NCBI RefSeq assembly: GCF_009914755.1 | Contig: NC_060926.1 | Strand: one strand, 5' to 3' | Length of the DNA stretch: 64,000 nucleotides | Source: the human T2T-CHM13v2.0 reference genome, Homo sapiens | Shown: in pieces, positions 55,737 to 64,000 of the stretch | How the letters are laid out: each line of letters starts with the position of its first letter | How positions within the stretch are numbered: position 1 is the first letter of the stretch | Notes under the pieces: model-generated | Databases searched by the model: none | Seen by the model: the letters and a program-made list of their open reading frames with translations, nothing else | Told to the model about the DNA's origin: nothing | Position numbers and translations under genes: made by a program

Positions 55737-56276
55737 TATAGGAGAGGAATAGCTTTTCCTCACCCATTGCTAGGTTCACAGCTGAGGTCCCGATAACAAA
55801 AGATAGATCAACAAGAGATCTATCAGATCAACAAGAGAAAAGATCAACAAGAGAAAAGTATAAAAGTATTTAGTAAGTTTTATGTGAAACCGATTACAGT
55901 TTATAAGGAAATGAAGACACAAAGAAACAGTAAAACCTGTGGATTTTTAATGCTAGGTTTGATGAAGAAGTGAATGACGGCGGTGAAGTATGATTGGATT
56001 AGAAGTATGATCTAATGCTAACAAACTAGGGGAGCTTAGCAAGGCCCATTTGTTTGGTTCCCCTCTGTGACCCTTTGTCTTCAGAGATGAGAATGTTCCT
56101 TACCTCTCACACGAGGGTCTTCTGATCCGCTGTAGGGGAGGGCAGAAAAATCTTTCCTAGATCAGATGGCCTGCTTCAGGGGAGAAGAGGGGAAGGTGAA
56201 AGTGATCTTCCTACTTCCACTGTTTTGCAAATGCCAAGATACCATATTTGGGGGTAGCATGCCCTGAACCCCATCA
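55737..56276 (-). mobile_element. ERV1 solo LTR (MER34/MER39/LTR49 group)
   Basis: Minus strand starts TGATGGGGTTCAGGGCATGCTACCCCCAAATATGG; imperfect TSD ACCC/AGCC; AGATCAACAAGAGA triplicated at ~55805-55858. Confidence 0.65.
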
Positions 56277-56711
56277 AGCCAATCTTTCAGAGAGCCAGCT
56301 CCTTCCTCCCACATGGCATTGTGCTTCCTGACATGGGCTTGTCAATGCAGCTCTGCCTGTGTCCCCTGAATCATTTTCTTGGCTACTACTATAACTTTTT
56401 CCAGGAACACACCCACAGATGAGAAATAGCTAGACCAATGTTGTTGATGCCAAAAGCCAAGAATTAGTGGTGGCAGGGTGAATCTGGAGCCCAGAAGAAC
56501 TTCTGTGAATCTTCCACGGGGTGTTTCTAAGATTGGTCTACTCCCCTCCCCCATGCCCCATTATCTCATGCTGGGTTAAAACCATAGATGCCAGGCTCAT
56601 CTCCTTGCCTCTAGACTCTTATCTTTAAGCATTGCTGCACAGTATGGGCCAGATTCATTCTCTTCTGTTACAATAACCATCATCTTGCTTCCCTGTTCAG
56701 GAACCATCCAT

Positions 56712-57072
<361 letters not shown>

Positions 57073-57360
57073 TCATGTTCAAGAAAGCCCAACACCTGGT
57101 CCTTCCCTGTGTGTCCCAAATACTCTGCTCCAGCCAGCCCAGTTTTCTTGCAGGCCCCAGCATGCTCCTACCTCTAAGCATTTCTCATGTATGCCCTGTC
57201 CTGTCCCTCCCCACACCCACCTGCCCAAATCTCACCTCTCCTTAAAGGTCAGTGCGAATCCTAGTTTTCTATGAAGTGTTACCAACAATTATGGCCGACT
57301 TCACCATCTTCTGTTCCTTAGGGTTAATCAGAGGTTTTATTTTAGAACTTGCTTTCACTT

Positions 57361-57416
57361 TTATTAGTTCTATTAGTTCTTTATTAGTTATTAGTTCTAT
57401 TTATCAGTTCTATTAG
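57361..57416. repeat. Degenerate TATTAGTTC tandem repeat
   Basis: ttattagttctattagttctttattagttattagttctatttatcagttctattag. Confidence 0.75.
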
Positions 57417-57849
57417 CTCCCTTTTAGTGAGGCTATGCTAGACACGACACATATACACACACACTTGTACTTTTTTTGCTTGGTTTATACATGTTGGTTC
57501 CTCATAAGAGTTGTTCTAACTCAAACAGCAAAAGTCTGGACTCCCAGAAACTCTGTTTGTAGATGCCAACATGGGGATTCAGAGAGCCCAGGTAACTTGC
57601 TCACGTCCTACAATGAGTGAGTGTTGTGGGTGGGCTTTGAGCCCATGCCCACCCCCTTCCTGCTCTCACATGACCTCCCATGGCCCTGGAGGACAGGCAG
57701 GGCTGAGAGCCTCGAGCTGCAGGGGAAGAGAACTGAAGCACAGAGAGGTTGCTCCCTTCAAGGACACATGGGAGCAAATGGCAACCAAACGTGGAAAGTG
57801 GGTCCATTTTAAAAAGAATTATAGAAAAACACTACATAAAATTTACTAT

Positions 57850-58110
57850 TTTAACCTTTTTAAATGAATAATTTGGTGGCAATAAGTATACTCCCAATGT
57901 CGTACAACATCCTCACTATCTAATTCCAAAACATTTTCATCGCTCCGAAAGGAAACGTTGTACCCATTAAGCAGTCCCTCCCTGTTACCTCCTCCCCCAG
58001 CCCCTCATAACCATGAATCTGCCTGTGTCTCTGTGTATGTGCCCATTCTGGACATCTCAAAGAAGTGAAATCATATGATATGTGGCCTTGTGTTTCTAGG
58101 CTTTTTCACT
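57850..58110 (-). mobile_element. L1M 3' fragment
   Basis: ttccaaaacattttcatc...tacccattaagcagtc...cccattctggacat. Confidence 0.75.
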
Positions 58111-59222
58111 GGGCCCTTTCATTTTAATGCTGCACTTGTGGTAGCTCATCTGGGTTGTAGTGAAAAATTATGTGTCAAGCGGCTGTATCAAAATGGAATG
58201 AACCTTTTCTCTTGCTGATCTCTCTTTTGTTATAGAGACCTCAGCTGTGATGTTGCTCAGCCTGGAATCTAGGTTTTCTGATGCCTATTGGTGAAGAAAA
58301 TGCATCCCACTGCCTGCCCCAGTGCTTTAAGTTTGACCCCTAGCCTTGAATTGCCTCTATTTCATGAGGTCTATCTGTCTTCTTGCTTTGCTTCCAGACC
58401 CTACTCCCACCCGAAACACACAGCCCCTGACACAGAGCTGGGCATGTGTGGGCTCTCACTAGCGCTGGCTGAACTGCCTGCACCGGCAGGGCATCTGGCC
58501 TCCTTCAGCGGAGAGGGCCCAGCAAGCAGGACTCCGACCGCCTCCACTACTCCAGCTGAATTCCAGCCCCTGCTCTCCCGTCTCCAGGTCAGAACATCAG
58601 CATTTGAACTTGAGTACTTCCCCCATGCCTGTCCTGCGGGACTTGGGGCTTGTACTCGCTCTGAGGTTGGACCACCCTGAATTGGGGTTTTCCAGCTAGA
58701 AGAATCCCTCCACAGAAGCTTGAATTTTCCTTCTGTTCTCTCCTTTGCTCTGTACTTCTCAGCAAAAAGCATCACCTATAAATGTGAAGGCTGATTAATT
58801 CTAAGTCTGGGGCTAGTGTTAATACAGACACAGCTGGCGAGATACAGAATTAAATAAACACAAGGTCCTCTGCTGACTCAGCAGTTGGTGGAACAGGGGA
58901 TAAGCCCTTGGGCATTCTAGAAAGTTCTGCCTGCCCAGTGGTAATTTTCCCTTTCAGGTTTCTTACCTGGAAAGAAATTCCCAGCCACTCTTGCCAGCCT
59001 GTCTATTTCACTAAGCCAGAGAACATATTTTGTTGTAAGAGATTTGAACATTACTTTCTGCTCTCAAGGGACCCCCCTCTATCAAGTCCAATTTTCTGTC
59101 CCTGCCTTTACCATTAGAGAGTCTCTTTGGTGGAGCAAGGCAGTACCCTCTCTATGCTTTTTTAGTGTCTGGTAGAGGCAGTGCCAAGGGGTGGCTGGGA
59201 GGATGGTTAGCTACCAGCTCCA

Positions 59223-59529
<307 letters not shown>

Positions 59530-59994
59530 GCCATTTGAGAATAAAAACACTGCACTTTATAATGCTAGCACTGTTTCCACCCAAATCTGCCATCGTCCTT
59601 CTTCCAACCAATTGCCCTCCCTAAATCCTTTCTAGATAGACATTCCGTAGTCACACCACCCCTCGTATGAATGAGTTGATCAGGCCTTTCCCTTTGCGGG
59701 AGGCACAGCTTGCAGGCCCATTTTAGTTGCTGGGTCTCTGCATCTCAAATTCTGGGCATGAATATGGGTAAATTTTTCATCTGTGTCCTACATGCCTCTG
59801 TGCACATGCAACGTGCAGACTGTTCACCCCTTCCAGGCAGCTTTCAGACTTTGCTTCACTGTGATCAGCAGTGGGTATAAGGGATGGTGTGCATGTACAG
59901 ATCCCAAGTACAGCATTGGCTTGGGGTCTCATGCCCCCTGGCTTGTTCCTTAGGCTTTCATAGGCCTACATAAGTGACTGATGTATTTCCTCTC

Positions 59995-60148
59995 TTTTTT
60001 TTTTTTTCGGGGTCTTGCTCTATTATCCAGGCTGGAGTGCACTGGCACCATTATAGCTCACTCCAGCCTTGAATTCCTGGGCTCAAGCTCCTCCTGCCTC
60101 AGCTTCCTGAGTAGTTGGGACTACAGGTGCCTGGCACCAAGGCCACCT
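59995..60148 (-). mobile_element. Alu monomer fragment (AluJ/FRAM-like)
   Basis: Poly-T then ccaggctggagtgc...ctgggctcaagc. Confidence 0.8.
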
Positions 60149-60816
60149 TGTATTTCCCCTCTTGCCACCTTACCCTGAATGTGATCTGAGATCCAACAGT
60201 TTCTTTCCTGGCCATTTTATTTGTTCAAATTGTTAGGCTGTTACAAAAGATGCTACAATGATCATCTTTGTGCCTTCCATCTGTCATTGAAGTAACCTCA
60301 ATGGGAGCCATGCAGACAGGGAAGGATGTTCAGAATCCAGTTGGATTTAAATATATTCAAGAGGTGTGGCCCCGACAGATTGGAAGAGCATAAAAAGAAT
60401 TCAGAATAGTATTAAGCAGTCAATAGAGGACTTTTAATGCAGAGGGGAAGGATCTGGGTTGCTGGTGAGGGGCTGGTTTTGTAAACTCAAATCAGGCTTG
60501 ATAATTGGGGAAGATATAGAAGGTAAGGAAGATATAACCCAGAGCACAGGCTGTGAGACCACCCCATTTGGAGGGTTTGAACTGGGAATCACAAAGTTTA
60601 GGCACAACTTCTACATAATCGGGCTCAAGTTATTTGTTGTTGTCATGAGAAAAATTTTCCTGGGTGTCTATAGCTCCAGATCTCATGACCCAGCCAAAAA
60701 TATGGTCTATGAGCAACCCAGCCTAACAAGAGGGTCATCCAATTTGCTTGGAATGTTAATCCCAATTTCTTGCAATGGTAAAAATATTTTTTTTTCTTAG
60801 TGAATTAGAGTCTTTA

Positions 60817-61202
<386 letters not shown>

Positions 61203-61602
61203 TTAAAAATTAAGTTTAGGAATAATCCATGTATATTTGGTGTTCTTAAAGTGCTTGTTAAGAGTAATTAATAAGTTAGCCTCATGAGATGGTCTTTTCC
61301 TACCCCTCCCCTACAGTGCTTAAAACAATAACAGCATTAATTTTGCTCTCTTTACGTAGCAAAATTGAGGCCTGCCCAATTTCAAGGGGAAGAGAAATAA
61401 AGCCCCACTTCTTCTTAGGGGGCAGGCAATATTGTAGTGGTCCTCCAGGGCCATCGGCTTCCCCTGACATTCCCCTTGAGTCCCTTTAGGTTTTCATTAA
61501 CCCCTTCATCAAGATGCTTCCAGCCTCCATTGCCACCTAGTCCCAAGTTGCATTCTTTGGGTTTCATTATGGTAGTATCCCACTTCCAGGTATCTAAGTC
61601 TA

Positions 61603-62138
61603 TGTCAAGTATTAATTGCTGAGCAATAAACCATCCCCAAACATAGTAGCTCAAAACAACTAATTTTTCTCATGGGTCTTCAATTTGGGGGAGACTTGGT
61701 GGGGATAGCTTATCTCTGCCCCACACCATACTAACTGGAGCAGCTTGAAGGCAGGGGCCTGGGTCCTCTGGAGGCGCAATCACTCACCGATCTGGCAGCT
61801 GGTCCTGGCTGTGGACTGGAGCCTTAGCTGGGGCCTTAGCCAGCAAATCTATACCTACCTTCCCCATGTGGCCTGGGCTTCCTCACACCATGGTGGCTGG
61901 GTTCCAAGGGCATGCGTCCTGAGAGAGGCAGGTATAAGCAATATATCCTGTTATGGCCTAGAGTCATGAACTACACAGCATTGCTTCCAGCACATTCTGC
62001 ACAGAAGTAGTCACGAAGGCCCAGCCAATTTCAAAAGGAGGGAAAACAGACTCTGCCTTTTGGTTGGGAAGCAGCAGTGTTCTAGAAGAACACGTGGGAC
62101 CAAGATGTGGCCATTTTGAGAAATTGTAATCTGTCACA
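61603..62138 (-). mobile_element. MLT1-family MaLR LTR
   Basis: aaaccatccccaaacatagtagctcaaaacaac...cctgggcttcctcacaccatggtggctgggttccaagg...aatctgtcaca. Confidence 0.75.
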
Positions 62139-62349
62139 ATTTTGTACAGGTCTGTCATCGGCTGTGACCTACCCTGGGGTGGAGGGTGGTGGGGGGTGAA
62201 TACAAACACCCAGGTGCTTTCGGCTGAGAAAAGGATCTGCAGTAACTGAAAGGTTATCTTCTTAAGATAGTCACTGGTATGGGGTGTTCATAATAAAGGC
62301 ATATAGAAGTTGAGGAAGAGATGCTCAGAAATACTCAAGGGTAGGTTTA

Positions 62350-62720
<371 letters not shown>

Positions 62721-62723
62721 TCA

Positions 62724-63023
<300 letters not shown>

Positions 63024-64000
63024 TTATATTCCCTCATGTGATCACAGAAGGCAGAGAAGAGGGAACCCGACATCTCAGTCTTTCAGGAAACATTAAGTGA
63101 CAGAAAATGTGAACCTGAGATCGGCTTGGTGCCCTGCTATAACTGAGAGCTGGCCTGACCCCGTGTGTCCATCTCTCAAATCTTTCTGGTCTCTTCCCAC
63201 TGAAGGGATGGACCAGTGGCTCTCCACTAAATCATGCCATCATTTTGTCATAACTTGTTTTGATCCAACATAGAGTGTAAATCAATCATTTTGTTTTTAC
63301 ACATGGTCCCATATGCACGCAAAATAAGGAAGTCTTTATCCACTGAACATATTGTTTAAATAACAGCTACCAAAATACATTTAAAGATCTTTATTGGGAT
63401 ACTAAGACTGTAGCATTTTGGGTATGGTGAACTAGCTTCTCTGAGAAAACAATAGGCAAGATCTTTTTTCTAAGGGTGAGTGGGTGGAAGGACGGAAGGT
63501 GGGCATGAAGTAGCTAAAGAGCACATGCCCCAGCTGTTAAAGCCAGGGTGTTTAATGTATTAGGTAAGACGGTGCCATGGAATAGAATTTTCCACTATAA
63601 AATTTTTCACTCTATACCAAACCTAGAAGTTTTTCTCTTACTGCCAAAACCTCACAGTAAGGTGAGGATAGACCCCTCCACCATCACAGTGTGGCTTTGA
63701 GGAAGGAAGTGAGGCCTCACAGAGGGCAGGGAAGGAGTGGGAGCCATTTCTAGACACAGAAGACATCCTTTATTCTAAAAAGTGGTCTCCTAAGGAGTCT
63801 GCCACCTCCAGTTCTGACATCACAGGGAGATGAGCCTGCCAAGCTGCCTCAGTTTCCTCAATGCAATGGTGACGTGACTGGTCTGAAGAGACACTTAGTG
63901 GGGAAGGAACACTCAAGGATCACTTGTGCTTGGCTGTTTAATTTGCGAACCACACCTCCCAGCCCTTGCCAGGAGGACTGGACAGGCCATGGCGCTCACA

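Overview
Primate (almost certainly human) genomic DNA at the KCNK12 (THIK-2/K2P12.1 potassium channel) locus. Coding exon 1 lies on the minus strand (20994-21384) in a large CpG island. The first ~21 kb is the repeat-rich first intron, and the rest is upstream intergenic DNA. The promoter region has a near-consensus REST/NRSF RE1 element, a four-tier G-quadruplex motif and three upstream ORFs; intron 1 has a perfect RFX X-box. About 12 kb upstream, co-oriented with KCNK12, is a ~9 kb near-full-length HERV-H provirus (LTR7-family LTRs, gag-pro-pol-env remnants). It has a tRNA-Phe-like primer-binding site and an open env TM frame, and sits in a cluster of ERV1 solo LTRs. Two local templated duplications are also visible. 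The remainder is ordinary Alu, L1, L2, MaLR and DNA-transposon sequence. Repeat subfamily names are from recollection of consensus sequences and need RepeatMasker/Dfam confirmation. I found no evidence for a new biological system; the findings are locus-level observations.
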